Shown here in pieces: positions 1-12,476 of a DNA stretch of 64,000 nt; the first letter of the stretch is position 1, and each line of letters begins with the position of its first letter. This DNA is from Octopus bimaculoides (Eukaryota): positions 145,532,452 to 145,596,451 of the forward strand of contig NC_068983.1 of the NCBI RefSeq assembly GCF_001194135.2. Direction: 5' to 3'. Below the pieces are notes generated by a model. That model was not told the DNA's origin and did no database searches. It saw only the letters and a list, made by a program, of their open reading frames with translations. Both the position numbers and the translations under genes were made by a program.

Positions 1-75
1 CGCAAAAGGCCTGGTTGGAGGTCCATTCTTCCGAGTTCTTTTACAGGGCCTAGAACTTTTCAGCACTCCCGAGTA
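1..75. mobile_element. End of mariner-type MITE (same family as 9504-9719)
   Basis: Reverse complement GGGAGTGCTGAAAAGTTC...CCCTGTAAAAGAACTCGGAAG matches both the terminus and the interior of the 9504-9719 element; followed by TA. Confidence 0.6.
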
Positions 76-1894
76 TGTATGCATGCGTGTATGTATGTAT
101 GCATGCATGCATGCATGTATGTATGTATGCATGCATGTGTATATGGGTGATAGCTGGAGGTGTTGACGAGGGTAGCGAAAATCTCAACCAGTTCTTAAAG
201 CTCACTATTAAAATGGACCTACCGTTAACCGTCTAATTTACGAAATACAAAATTAAAATAAATATTGGATAATAATTCTGTTTACACAGTGCTGTGGTGG
301 GGGTTCGACAGAACCTGTCAAACCACCTCTGGTTACAGGGTTGTGTGTGTTCTGATTTTATTTTAATTAATTTTATACTAACAGAGAATGAGCTGGTTTT
401 CAACTGAGAAACAACTTATTGGAATGTAGACGTCAATTGATAGTCATAGTTATGTATGTATGTATGTATGTATGTATGTATACATGCATGTATGTATACA
501 TGCATGTATGTATGTATTGCATGTCATTACGTTAATGATCTATAACCTTTAATCTTATGTGTATGTATGTGTATATATATATGTGTGTGTGTGTGTATGT
601 ACGTATCTATGTACATATATACACACACGCACATACATACATACATATATATATATATATATCCGTATTCCCGAGCGTCATACTNNNNNNNNNNCATACA
701 TACATACATACATACATACATACATACATACATACATACATACATACATACATACAGGCATATCACGTGATTGCATGATCTACCAGAATAACGCATGTCG
801 TTATACGTCGCTAGTCACAATGCGCTTTGCAGCGTTCTAGCTTTCAAACGCTGCCACTCTACTGGCTAGGCGAGCAGGCTAACATTCTTTCTAATCGGAA
901 GACCAGTCCGTCTCAGAGTTATCCATTTACAGCCGAGTGGACTGGAGCGACATGAAATGAAATGTTTTGCTCAAGAACACAACGCGCCGACACATAATTC
1001 TGATATTCCTATCTCACGACCCGCTTGCCTCACAGCGTTTCTTCAACTCTGACAATGTATTTCTCGCCTCCTCTTAATTTGTGGAGTTCATCCATGTCTG
1101 CGGTTTTCCAGGACGTTTCTTGTGGACATTTTGAACAGTTCTGTCAAGCATCAAACTTATCTCTAATTTGAGTGATAGTAAGCCGCGATGGTGGATCTAT
1201 TCGAAATTCCCCACTAAACTATCTTTGCGCTTCAACTGGATTTTCAAATTTCCAGTAGCACTCAAGGACAAATTTCTTTTGTTCGAAGTTTACTCTTCCT
1301 TCCTTCATTATTTCAAATGGGTTAAATTTAAAAAGAAATGAAAATTGAGTTATCAGTTGTTAAAGTGTGTATACAGGGAACACCTTGTACATACGCACGC
1401 GCGTGTGTGTGTGTGTGTATGTTCTCGTCTTTTTTTAATCCTTTGAAATCTTTCCTAAGGACGGAGCTGGTTTCTATCGAAGATAGAGTTGATAAATACA
1501 TGTCAGGTCAATTATATCCACAATAAGAAAACCTCTAAGTAATCCTGTCATTTGCTAGAAATAACAGCCAGGCTCGTCTCAAATTCCGTCCCTGGAAAGG
1601 GCAAATCACGCCTTAGAAAAGGGCAAAATGGATAATGTAGTTCCGAGTGCACTCTATACATGGGCAAACAAAACTGGATGGTCACATTGAACTGCTGCTT
1701 ATGATCATAGTTCTGTTTAATCAGAACTGGCCTGGGGTAAACAACAACAACGTTAAATCGACGAGGTTTTTCCTTCCTTCGGGTGGTGATAAATGAAGTA
1801 CCGCTAGTAAATTGGTTTTAATTCAACAGGCTCGACTACAGCCATTTACGAAATTTACTCTTACGTCTAATCAACAGAAATCATTGGTCTCAAA

Positions 1895-2092
1895 TTTTGG
1901 CACAAGGCCAGCAATTTTGGCAAGAGGATAAGTCGATTACATCGACCACCAGTGCTCAACTGGAAGTTATTTTATCGACCCCGAAAGGATGAAAGGCAAA
2001 GCCGACCTCGGTGGAATTTAAACTCTGAACGTACAGACGGACGAAATGCTGTTGGGTATTTTTCCCGGTGTGCTAATGATCCTGCCAGCTCA
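1895..2092 (-). mobile_element. SINE family A copy (tRNA-like head GAGCTGGCAGAATCGTTAG, body GAGGTCGACTTTGCCTTTCATCCTTTCGGGGTCGATAAAA)
   Basis: Same ~200-230 bp sequence recurs many times in the window, e.g. 3640-3830, 8460-8668, 9005-9215, 11695-11910, 23830-23990, 27045-27220, 30110-30325, 32380-32570, 55850-55960, 57180-57280. Confidence 0.8.
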
Positions 2093-2409
2093 CGAAATCA
2101 TTATTCTGTTCTACTCTAGGCACAAGGCCTGAAGTTTAGGGGGAGGAGGACAGTCGATTAGTTGTTAGTTAGGATCTTTTTTAAAACGGGGGCCACATTT
2201 TTCATTAACGAAACACTTTGAAACTTGGAACACTGGTAGAATGTGTCATATAAAACATCTTTTTCTCTTAGTCTGCTTAAAAAAAAAAAAAATCCATAAG
2301 TTTTTCCATGTTAAAGTTGTCGTATTTCTGTAATTTCAACCAATCACTGACGTCCATTCAGCCGATATACATTAAGTGCCGACTACATAAACAAACGATT
2401 CTGAAACAA

Positions 2410-2439
2410 TTAACCCTAACCCTAACCCTAACCCTAACC
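2410..2439 (+). repeat. Interstitial (TAACCC)n telomere-type repeat running into an assembly gap
   Basis: TAACCC repeated 4 times plus a partial unit directly before the N run. Confidence 0.85.
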
Positions 2440-2904
2440 NNNNNNNNNNNNNNNNNNNNNNNNNNNNNNNNNNNNNNNNNNNNNNNNNNNNNNNNNNNNN
2501 NNNNNNNNNNNNNNNNNNNNNNNNNNNNNNNNNNNNNNNNNNNNNNNNNNNNNNNNNNNNNNNNNNNNNNNNNNNNNNNNNNNNNNNNNNNNNNNNNNNN
2601 NNNNNNNNNNNNNNNNNNNNNNNNNNNNNNNNNNNNNNNNNNNNNNNNNNNNNNNNNNNNNNNNNNNNNNNNNNNNNNNNNNNNNNNNNNNNNNNNNNNN
2701 NNNNNNNNNNNNNNNNNNNNNNNNNNNNNNNNNNNNNNNNNNNNNNNNNNNNNNNNNNNNNNNNNNNNNNNNNNNNNNNNNNNNNNNNNNNNNNNNNNNN
2801 NNNNNNNTTTTGGTATTATTGGATTTAATCATTTTGCTTTGACAATATAAAGGTCAAAGGTACAAAATCTACTATTTGAGTCCTTAGTGATTGAGTGTGA
2901 ATAC

Positions 2905-3048
2905 GCAGCAGGTAATTGATTTATCGACCCCGAAAGGATGAAAGGTAAAGTCGACCTCGGCGGAATTTGAACTCAGAACGTAAAGACAGACGAAATACCG
3001 CTAGGCATTTCGCCCGGCGCGCTAACGTTTCTGCCAGCTCGCCGCCTT
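2905..3048 (-). mobile_element. SINE family A, 5' portion
   Basis: Reverse complement GGCGGCGAGCTGGCAGAAACGTTAGCGCGCCGGGCGAAATGCCTAGCGGTATTTCG...GAGTTCAAATTCCGCCGAGG, with a B-box-like GTTCAAAT. Confidence 0.85.
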
Positions 3049-3311
3049 CACGAAATCATTATCGCTACACTCAATTCCAATAAGCTGTGTAGTTAAGAAG
3101 TTCGCGTTTGCAATGACATGATTCCTGGTTCGATCCCACTACGAGATAGCTTGAATAAGCGTCGGCTATAATCTCCTCATGTCGACCAATATCTAGTATG
3201 TAGAATGTTGTGGATGGAAATAATTGGCGGAGCTATAGCAGTCCTTATGTGATTTAACTTCACAACCTAATCTTTCGATACCTTTAACAAAGTTCACTCT
3301 GATGCAGCCGT

Positions 3312-3572
3312 TCAAATCAGATTTGTAGTTTCAGGGTAAGTTATGGAGTAAGTTCTCCTCTCTTTTCCATTCCAGTCAAAAAAGTCTTGCTGAAGGTAGT
3401 AGATGCTACCTTGACGTGCAAAAACACAAAAATCATTATTTTGCAATTCCACCATCGCTGCCGGGCGCTTTTCATCAGCTACTGATAAACTTCTGCGCTT
3501 TTTAGCATTATATACGAAAAACTTTCTCAAGGCGAATACTGCAGATTTGTGACTTTCGATAGTATATCCACG
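3312..3572 (-). CDS. Candidate orphan coding segment, unknown product (RGYTIESHKSAVFALRKFFVYNAKKRR...DFFDWNGKERRTYSITYPETTNLI*)
   Basis: 86-codon stop-free frame of non-repetitive, protein-like composition in AT-rich DNA. Splice acceptor is weak and I recognise no homolog. Confidence 0.3.
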   Translation of the reverse strand, partial: RGYTIESHKSAVFALRKFFVYNAKKRRSLSVADEKRPAAMVELQNNDFCVFARQGSIYYLQQDFFDWNGKERRTYSITYPETTNLI

Positions 3573-4237
3573 TTAAAGAAGATATACAGAATGCCGATTA
3601 ATGAGAAAATTAAGGCAACAAGCATGCAAAATCATTAGCACGCCTCACAAAAACGCTTAGTGGCATTTCGTCTCTCTTTATGTTTTGAGTTCAAATTACG
3701 CTGAGGTCGACATTGCTTTTCATCCTTTCGTGGTTGATAAAATACGTTTCAGTTAAACACTGGGGGTTGATATCATCAACTAGCCCCCTCCCACAAAATT
3801 TCAGGATTTGTGCCTATAATAGAAAGAATAGAAAATAACTTTTAATTTTATTCGTTATAGATCACATTTTCTGAATCGTTAGCTACTAATAATCCGATCA
3901 GTGGTACAAAAAACAGCCTAAACTTACCACCTACCTACATTCTTTTGTGAAAAAAAGTTGACACGCCCAATCACTAAGGTCTCAAATAGTGGACTTTGTA
4001 CCTTTGACCTTTATATTGTCAAAGCAAAAGGATTAAATCCAATAATACCAAAAGCAACAAAAATACTGTCACACCTTGTGCCTACCTAACAAAAGAGAAA
4101 CACCTACGGACTTGTTTACAAAGTTCTACATACATTAATAAATTCTAAACAATAACATAACCCCAAATTTAATCAATTAGAAATTTTCCATAACAACCGA
4201 CCATAAAAAACTAATTACCAAACCACCCAAAGGCCTC

Positions 4238-6545
4238 ATGCTCTCAGGAATTACTCATTGCAAACAAGCACAGGTGGAGTCCCTGCTCAACCTCACCAAT
4301 GCCCTATTCATAGAGCAAGTTGTACTCAGACCAGCTAGGGCGAATAAGATTTTGGATCTCTGCTTCACAAACAATATGGACATCGTTCTTGATGTGAAAG
4401 TGACGCCGACATTAGTCTCGGATCACAACTTAATAGAGCTGTCTATGTATGGGCCAAAAGTAGTCAGAGACATACAGTCTAAAGTAAGCACCCAAAATCT
4501 CTCCAATCTGAACTTCCACAAAGCAGACTGGAAATCGATCCAAACAGAGATTCTCAGATAGGACTGGCCGAAATGTCTCTCCACACCAGACTTTGGCGTG
4601 AAACTAGAATCTTTCATGTCTGTTATACAAACTATATGCCAGAAATATGTCCAGAGCACAAGGCCAACACAAAAAGGAACAAGATTCCAAGGGAGAGGAA
4701 GATCCTCATGAGACGACGGATGAAGGCTGCAAATCGCCTTAACGAACATTCCAAAAGTAGCGAAAAGTCCCGTCTAAAAACAACAGTGATGGAGATTGAA
4801 AAAAAGCTTGCAACAATCTTATGTGAGGGCGAGAGCAGACAAAGAAGCCTGAGTTATAAAAAACCCCCAAAGGCCTTCTTTCATTATGCCAAAGAAACAA
4901 CCTCAGTACGCTGCAAGATAGGACCTCTCTTCCAAAAGGATGGCTCCCTCACAGATAGTCCAACCAGGATCCGTGAGGTACTGAATGACCAGTTCAAAAG
5001 TGTCTTTACCACTCCGTTGGAACACAGACAAGTGAACGAACCAGTGGATTTCTTTGCCACCTCACCTATAACCGGCGAGGCAGTTACGATGGAATACATC
5101 GACATTAGCGAAGAAGATTTACTACTAGCCATAGATGAGGTGGACGCAAATTCAACTGCTGGTCCTGATGGTTTGCCAGCAATCCTCCTCAAATCGTGTA
5201 AGCGTGCCCTGGCAAAACCTCTACAGATTCACTTCCAGAGCTTTCTTGCAAATGGCAGACTGCCAAGCAAGCTGAAGGAGGGAATAATATGCCCAATACA
5301 TAAAGGGGAAAGCAGAGCGATGCCAAAAACTATAGGCCTGTCTCTCTGACTTCACACATAAGCAAAGTCATGGAACGGATAGTCAGAGGGAAACTAATTG
5401 CACTATGACTGGGTATTGAGGCAGTTACTCAACAACTCAAATTTGGACATAATATACCTTGATTTTGCAAAAGCTTTTGATAAAGTGGATCATGGTATGA
5501 TATACCACAAACTGCGTGATCTCGGCATAGTTGGGAAAACTTGGAGAGTGGTTACATAACTTTCTGAAAGATACAAATGAGGCAGTAGTGGCCAATGGAG
5601 CCACCTCAAAGAAAACACAAATAGTGAGCGGTGTTCCACAAGGCACTGTCTTGAGACCATTGCTTTTCATAGTGGCCCTCTCAGATATGCCCTCAACTGC
5701 AATATTGCACATCTGCAGCAGGAGTTGGACTCAATTTACAGATGGGCTGAGGACAATAATATGCAGTTTAATGCTGAAAAATTCCAATCCCTGCGATACC
5801 AGCGTCCAAAACTGAATATGAAACTTTCGGGGTATACTGGTCCACAGGGGATCACAATCCGAGAATGATGATACCTCTTTCCAAGTGCACATTACCAGGA
5901 TACCGACAAAGTGCAGATGACTGACTGGATGGATCCTGAGAACGTTTAGAACCAGAGCAAAGGAAATCATGATGGTCCTCTGGAGAACATTCGTCCTCAG
6001 CCGCCTGGATTACTGCTCCCAGCTATGGTCACCCAACAGTGTAAAATTAACAGCAGACCTTGAAGCAATCCAACGAAGCTTCACAAAGAAGATCGTCTCA
6101 TTGCAACAGCTCAGCTTCTTGGAAAGGCTAAAAAAGCTAAGACTCTACTCCCTAGAGCCAAGGTGGGATAAGTATGCAGTAATATACAACTGTAAGATCC
6201 TGGAAGGAACTGTGCCAAATTTTGGCATTGAAAGTTACACTAAACTAATGCCAGAACGGGTCGACACTGCACAGTGCCAAAGATCCCAGCAATTCCACTG
6301 CGCTTCAGGACCAGTTATTGCAACAGCCTGGGTTTCCGGGGCCCACAGATTTTTAATATTCTCCCAAAGAGCCTGAGGGACCCACACAAAGTAGATGTAG
6401 GTGTTTTCAAATCTAAACTGGATCTCTTCCTGTCGAGAGTCCCAGATGAACCTACCTCACGACAAGAGGTGCAAATGGAGGTAACATCAAACCCCATTCT
6501 TCACCAAGTGCCACATATTAGAGGAGGCTCTAATTTTAAAAAAAT
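4238..6545 (+). mobile_element. Degenerate CR1/L2-group LINE (APE C-terminus + RT + 3' region)
   Basis: Motifs LDLCFTN...SDH (endonuclease), GPDGLPAILLK, YLDFAKAFDKVDH, SGVPQGTVL, RLDYCSQLWSP. Multiple frameshifts; the YADD segment is missing after ...LSDMP (about 5690). Confidence 0.9.
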
Positions 6546-6704
6546 ATAAAAACATACAATCAATAAAGAGACAAAAGAAACAGTAAGATGATACATGTTG
6601 ATTTTATTAGGTATTATTGTTTATTATGGTGTTTCTGTTTATTTAGAAACCTACAATGAACAGGTAAGACGCTAAACTATAGATTTCACAGGGTACAACC
6701 TTAA

Positions 6705-7084
6705 AGTTGACACCGCTCCGCTAAACGCAGAAAATTTCTGTCTCGCTATAGGCTAAAAATACCCAGTTTTTTCGATTTCTAAACCTCTGTAACTTCTTTC
6801 TCCAATTTTTTTCTCCACAACTTCATACCTTCAAAGTAATAAGACCGGAAGGCTGCATTAATACAGCCGATTTTCAGATTTTTTGGTCACGTGTGTCCGG
6901 CTGCTATTTCTCTTCATTCTTGGAATCACCAAGCTCGCACGTACTTCTTTGCCCCTCCTGTACGTGCTTCACAGCGTTCAAGACATACACACTTCACGTT
7001 TGGCTGTACAGCCTTTTTGTTTGTTTATTTCACCGTTTCGTTTTCCTGTCTTGTTTTCCGTCCGCCACTACCCTCCCCGAAAAC
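6705..7084. mobile_element. Possible end of a non-autonomous DNA transposon (TTAA|AG terminus, Kolobok-like)
   Basis: TTAA at 6701-6704 followed by AG...; typical MITE-like interior. The other end would lie in the gap, so it is unverified. Confidence 0.3.
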
Positions 7085-9369
7085 NNNNNNNNNNNNNNNN
7101 NNNNNNNNNNNNNNNNNNNNNNNNNNNNNNNNNNNNNNNNNNNNNNNNNNNNNNNNNNNNNNNNNNNNNNNNNNNNNNNNNNNNNNNNNNNNNNNNNNNN
7201 NNNNNNNNNNNNNNNNNNNNNNNNNNNNNNNNNNNNNNNNNNNNNNNNNNNNNNNNNNNNNNNNNNNNNNNNNNNNNNNNNNNNNNNNNNNNNNNNNNNN
7301 NNNNNNNNNNNNNNNNNNNNNNNNNNNNNNNNNNNNNNNNNNNNNNNNNNNNNNNNNNNNNNNNNNNNNNNNNNNNNNNNNNNNNNNNNNNNNNNNNNNN
7401 NNNNNNNNNNNNNNNNNNNNNNNNNNNNNNNNNNNNNNNNNNNNNNNNNNNNNNNNNNNNNNNNNNNNNNNNNNNNNNNNNNNNNNNNNNNNNNNNNNNN
7501 NNNNNNNNNNNNNNNNNNNNNNNNNNNNNNNNNNNNNNNNNNNNNNNNNNNNNNNNNNNNNNNNNNNNNNNNNNNNNNNNNNNNNNNNNNNNNNNNNNNN
7601 NNNNNNNNNNNNNNNNNNNNNNNNNNNNNNNNNNNNNNNNNNNNNNNNNNNNNNNNNNNNNNNNNNGTGTGTGTGTGTGTGTGTGTGATTATTATAATTA
7701 TTTTTCTGAATTTATATTTAGTTTAGTCAGGTGGACGGTGTGTGTAGTGTCTTCAGTCTGCGTAAACCCTTCCAGAATTAAATTTTATACTGGGACCAGA
7801 TTGAGTAATGTTATATCATCTTTCTAAAGTATTGCTCTTCCATGAGGTTTTGGGACTACACTTCTTTATTTAAGACGATAGGGTGTTATTTGAGGGAAAT
7901 TTAGCTGCTATATCTAGAAGTAAGAGAGATCAGGCAGAGGATATCCTGCTATTTCGTCGGCGTATGAGGACAAGCTGATGTATGATGAATGCAGTGATGC
8001 CCATACGCACACGACCACACATGCATCCACACACACACACACACGCACGCGCGCACACTTTCCTAAAACGTAATGGATATCAATTACATTATACATATAC
8101 TCATACACACACACACACACACAAGCAAACACACACAAACACATGCACACAGATACACATACAGCCATACATCTTAACAAATAACCCATTCTTATCTTAC
8201 ATACAAGATAAAATGGTCAGCTGAAGTCCAATCCTTTGTTGACCTCATTCCTACTCTGACGTCATTCTAATTAAACCTGAGCAGATGGCCAACAATAAAG
8301 CGTGGCCTTTCTCTTGACCTTAATTCACCTGAAGAGATCTCAGCTGTAAGATTGAAAGCTTTTCTTGTCATCTTGTCATCGTCACATTCACTCACACACG
8401 CACACATACATACATACACACACATACACACACAGAGTTCAATCACATATATTCTCTTTATTATAGGCACACGATCTAAAGTTTTGTGAAGAGGAGTCTA
8501 GTCGATTAAATCGACTCCAGTGCTCTGGTACTTAATTTTTTCGATCCCAAAAGGATGAACTGCAAAGTAGACCTCGACTGAATTTGAACTCAAAACGTAA
8601 ACGGCCGGAAGAAATGCTGCTAGGTATTTTGTCCGACGCGCTAAAGATTCTGCCTGCTTGCCGCCCTAACCCAACACACACACATATACATAGACAGCGC
8701 TGCCAAAATTTGAGACATTATCATTTTTATTATTAGCATTAGTATAACGGCGGTAAACCGGCAGAATCGTTAGCACACCGGGCAAAATGCTTAGCGATAT
8801 TTCTTACGTTCTGGGTTCAAATTCCGACTTTAATATTTAAATAGCTTAAGACGGCGAGCTGGCAGAATCGTTAGAACGTTGGGCAAAATGCTTAGCAGTA
8901 TTACGTCCGTCTTTACGTTCTGAGTTCAAATTCTGCCGAGGTCCCCTCCCACAAAATTTCAGGCCTTGTTCCTTTAGTAGAGAGAATTATTATATTAGCA
9001 CGAAGGTGGCGAGCTGGCAGAATCGTTAGCACGCCTGGCAAAATGCTAAGTGACATTTCCTCCGACTTTACGTTGTGAGTTCAAGCTCCACCGAGGTCGA
9101 ATTTGTCTTTCATCATTTCGGGATTAATAAAAAATAATTACTAGTCGAACACTGGTTTTGATGTAATCGATTAGCCTCTCCCACAAAATTTCTGGCTTTG
9201 TACCAAAATTTAAAACCATTATTACTAATATATCTGAATAGGTGTGACATAAGTAACAATTTTTGACTGAATGTAATTTACACTTGAAAATTTTTTTGAG
9301 TTTTTCTTTTTTTTAAATCTTACCTTCTTTATTATTTTTTTTATGAATATATAAATAAATCAGTAACCA

Positions 9370-9930
9370 TATGCATGGCTGTGTCGGTAAGAAGTTTGCT
9401 TCTCAGCTACGTGCTTCCGGTTTCAGTCCCACAACGCGAAACCTTGGACAAAATGTCTTCTTCATTGTGAGTGAATTTGGTAGACGGAAACTTTGTGGAA
9501 GCCCGAAGGGGTGCTGAAAAGTTCCTAGCTTGGGTAAAAGAAAATACAGGAGGATCAGTTAATTCTGATTTTATTCAATATATTCCTCTCTCAGATTCAC
9601 ACACTTATTGCAGTGGTTCTTCTGTTATTCTAAGCCCTGTAAAACAACTCAGAAGGTTGGGTCTCTAACCGAGCCTTTCGAAATACCCTTAAAGCCAGTA
9701 ACTTTCCAGCACTACTTCGTATGTGTATGCATGTGTGTGTGTCTTTATGTCTGTGTTTGTTCCTAATGTTGTCACAGTAACTTAGCAGTTCGACAAAAGA
9801 GACTGATAGAATAAACATCAAACTTTTTTTTTTAATGCTTAAGTCCTGGGATCGATCTGTTCGACTAAAACCCTTCCAGGTGGTGCCCCGACATGGCCGT
9901 AGCCCAATGACTGAAACAAGCGATAAAAAA
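9370..9930 (+). mobile_element. SINE family C copy interrupted by a mariner-type MITE at 9504-9719
   Basis: Head GGCTGTGTCGGTAAG...TTCAGTCCC and tail GGTGCCCCGACATGGCC...GACTGAAACAAG. The insert has ~20 bp TIRs CGAAGGGGTGCTGAAAAGTT / AACTTTCCAGCACTACTTCG. Confidence 0.7.
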
Positions 9931-11247
9931 TATAAAGATGTCCTCAGCGACTCAGCTATTTCGTTTCTATGCCTTCAGTATTAGTCAGAAGATATCACCA
10001 TTTCAACTGAGACCATATTGAAAGCTGATACAGAAAAATGAACACCTGTAGTAACTGGGTGATTAGGGAATTGAATGACAAGAAACGGCAAATCATTCAA
10101 TAGAAAGATGAGAGCTACACAGCAACAGTAACATGAACAAGGCTTTGATTGTACCCTAATATTTGTTGTTACCGCTGTAGTTGTTGTTGTTGTTGTTGTT
10201 GCTTTGGTCTACTGGTCTCTTTGTTACTTGAACTACTGACAGATTTACTGTAAATAATGATTGCTACTATTGACTCAAGCTCACACATTTTAGGAGAGGA
10301 GTGGAGCCGATTTAATCCACACCAGTATTACTTTACACATATGTGTGTGTGTATGTATATGTGTGTGTGTGTGTATGCACATATAACTACATATAGGCAT
10401 GTATGCGTGTATGTGCATATATATTTATGTATTGTAGTAGTAGTAGTAGTTGAAAAAGATTTGGCTGCAATTTCTTGCAGATCTAGCAACCAAGTACAAG
10501 TTTCCTTGCTATCTTATTGTGTGTGTGTACATACATATACATGTGTGTGTTGTGTGTGCGTGTGTACATACATATACATGTGTGTGTGCGCGCGCGCATA
10601 TATAAGAGGGGTTGAATAGTTTACTATTTTCATAGTTGAGATCACTTTTTGGGGTTTTTTTTTTTTTTGATAGGGGGTCAGATTCACAACTGATTGCGTG
10701 TATGGAGTAAATATGACAGGCTTCTGCATAGTTTCCGTCTCACAAATTCCACACACAAAGGAATTCGTCAGCATGGAGTTAAGCTACAAGAAACATACCT
10801 AAAGTGCTCTGCAGTGGAATCGAACCAAGAGCGATATATTTGCAAAATGAACTTCTTAACAATGCGGCTATTCTAACAGCCAAAGTATTTTATTTTATCA
10901 GCGCCAAAATAATTCTTTCTAATTTTGATGCAAGTGGAGGCACATGGCCTAGTATTTAGAGCAGTAGACTCACGGTCGAGCGATCGCGGGTTCGAATCTC
11001 TGACCGGCGATGTGNNNNNNNNNNNNNNNNNNNNNNNNNNNNNNNNNNNNNNNNNNNNNNNNNNNNNNNNNNNNNNNNNNNNNNNNNNNNNNNNNNNNNN
11101 NNNNNNNNNNNNNNGGCCACAGTCAAAAGACTGAAACAAGTAAAAGAGTAAAAGAGATATATGTACGCTATATAGTATAGTATGTGAAACCAATGCCGGA
11201 TATCACTTTAATTCCTTTGTATTAATTTGTGGTCTCCAATTTCTTAC

Positions 11248-11419
11248 CACATTCTTTGTCCTCCAGGTGCTTCGAATGTTAATAGCCTGATTCTTACTTT
11301 ACACAAATGAAAGTCGAACATTGTACAACAGATATGAGTTTCCATATAGACATAACCTAAAGCTTGGCGTCCAAACATAGGTCGTAGAAATGTCAGTTCA
11401 CTTGCCTCGCTAATATCCT
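11248..11419 (-). CDS. Candidate internal coding exon, unknown product (EDISEASELTFLRPMFGRQALGYVYMETHICCTMFDFHLCK[VRIRLLTFEAPGGQRM])
   Basis: Acceptor TTTCATATATTTCCAG at 11421-11420; GTAAGA donors after 11298 and after 11248; only one of three frames is open. Confidence 0.4.
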
Positions 11420-12107
11420 CTGGAAATATATGAAACACGTGAAACCCCATTGTTTTTTTTTTTCACCTGATAATTAATTCTTGTTTTGATTTGTTTGGGG
11501 GATTTTTATGCTTTGGCGGTTTGGACAGAGAAAATGATTATGAATAAACAAAAGTCATGAAACCTGTGGTTCAATTAAGCTCCAGAAAATCCATGTCGAT
11601 CTATCCTAGGTTTTACTTACACACTCATAAAGACAAGCTTGTATGTAACTAATAAACCCTAAATAGGATTTCATTCTTGATACATCAAAAAAAGGCAGCG
11701 AGATGCCAGAATCGTTGGCATGTCAGACCAAATGCTCAGCGGCATTTCGTCTAGCTTTACGTTCTGAGTTCAAATGCTGCCGAGGTTGACTTTGCTTTTC
11801 ATCTTTTCGGGGTCGATAAAACAAAGTAGCAGTCAAGTACTGGTGGTGATCATTGTGATCGACTTCCCTCTCCTTCTAAAACTGCAGGCCTTGTGCCAAA
11901 AATAAGAAAGAATCAATATATTAAGAAAGGCGGTGAGCTGAAATAAAGTGGAAATACCAAATTTACTTTCCACTTTATTTCACGTGCTTCCGTCGATTCT
12001 ATTCATTATTATTGTGACTTGATGCCGATATGAGAAATCATTATTAGAAGACATTTGTAAGTATTGTAACAACGACAAGGAAGTTCCAGAAATACCTGGG
12101 ACTACGT

Positions 12108-12476
12108 GTTGGCACTCCGTCGCTTACGAAGTCAAGGATTCCAGTTGATCCGATCAACGGAACAGCCTGCTCGTGAAATTAACGTGCAAGTGGCTGATCA
12201 CTCCACAGACACGTAGTTCTCGGGAATATTCAGCGTGACACAGTGTGACAAGGCTGACCCTTTGAATTACTGGCACAACAGAAACAGGAAGTAAGAGTGA
12301 GAGAAAGTTGTGGTGAAAGAGTACAGCAGGGTTTGCCACCATCCCCTGCCGGAGCCTCGTGGGGCTTTTAGGTGTTTTCACTCAATAAACACGCACAACG
12401 CCCGGTCTGGGAATCGAAACCGCGATCCTATGACCGCGAGTCCGCTGCCCTAACCACTGGGCCATTGCGCCTCCAC
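12108..12476 (-). mobile_element. Full-length tRNA-derived SINE family B
   Basis: A box TGGCCCAGTGG and B box GGTTTCGATTCCC on the minus strand. Flanking TSD ACC(T/C)GGGACTAC(G/A)T. Near-identical to 20525-20907. Confidence 0.9.

Noticed and set aside
527-840. ORFs rich in YI/CV/HT dipeptides here and at 14530, 28607, 48338, 59024-60025 etc.
   Set aside because: Translations of (TA)n, (CA)n, (TACA)n and (TATC)n microsatellites.
10930-11014. tRNA-like sequences with A/B boxes (also heads at 12410-12476, 20840-20907, 41540-41609)
   Set aside because: They are SINE heads continuous with SINE bodies; no complete cloverleaf is evident.
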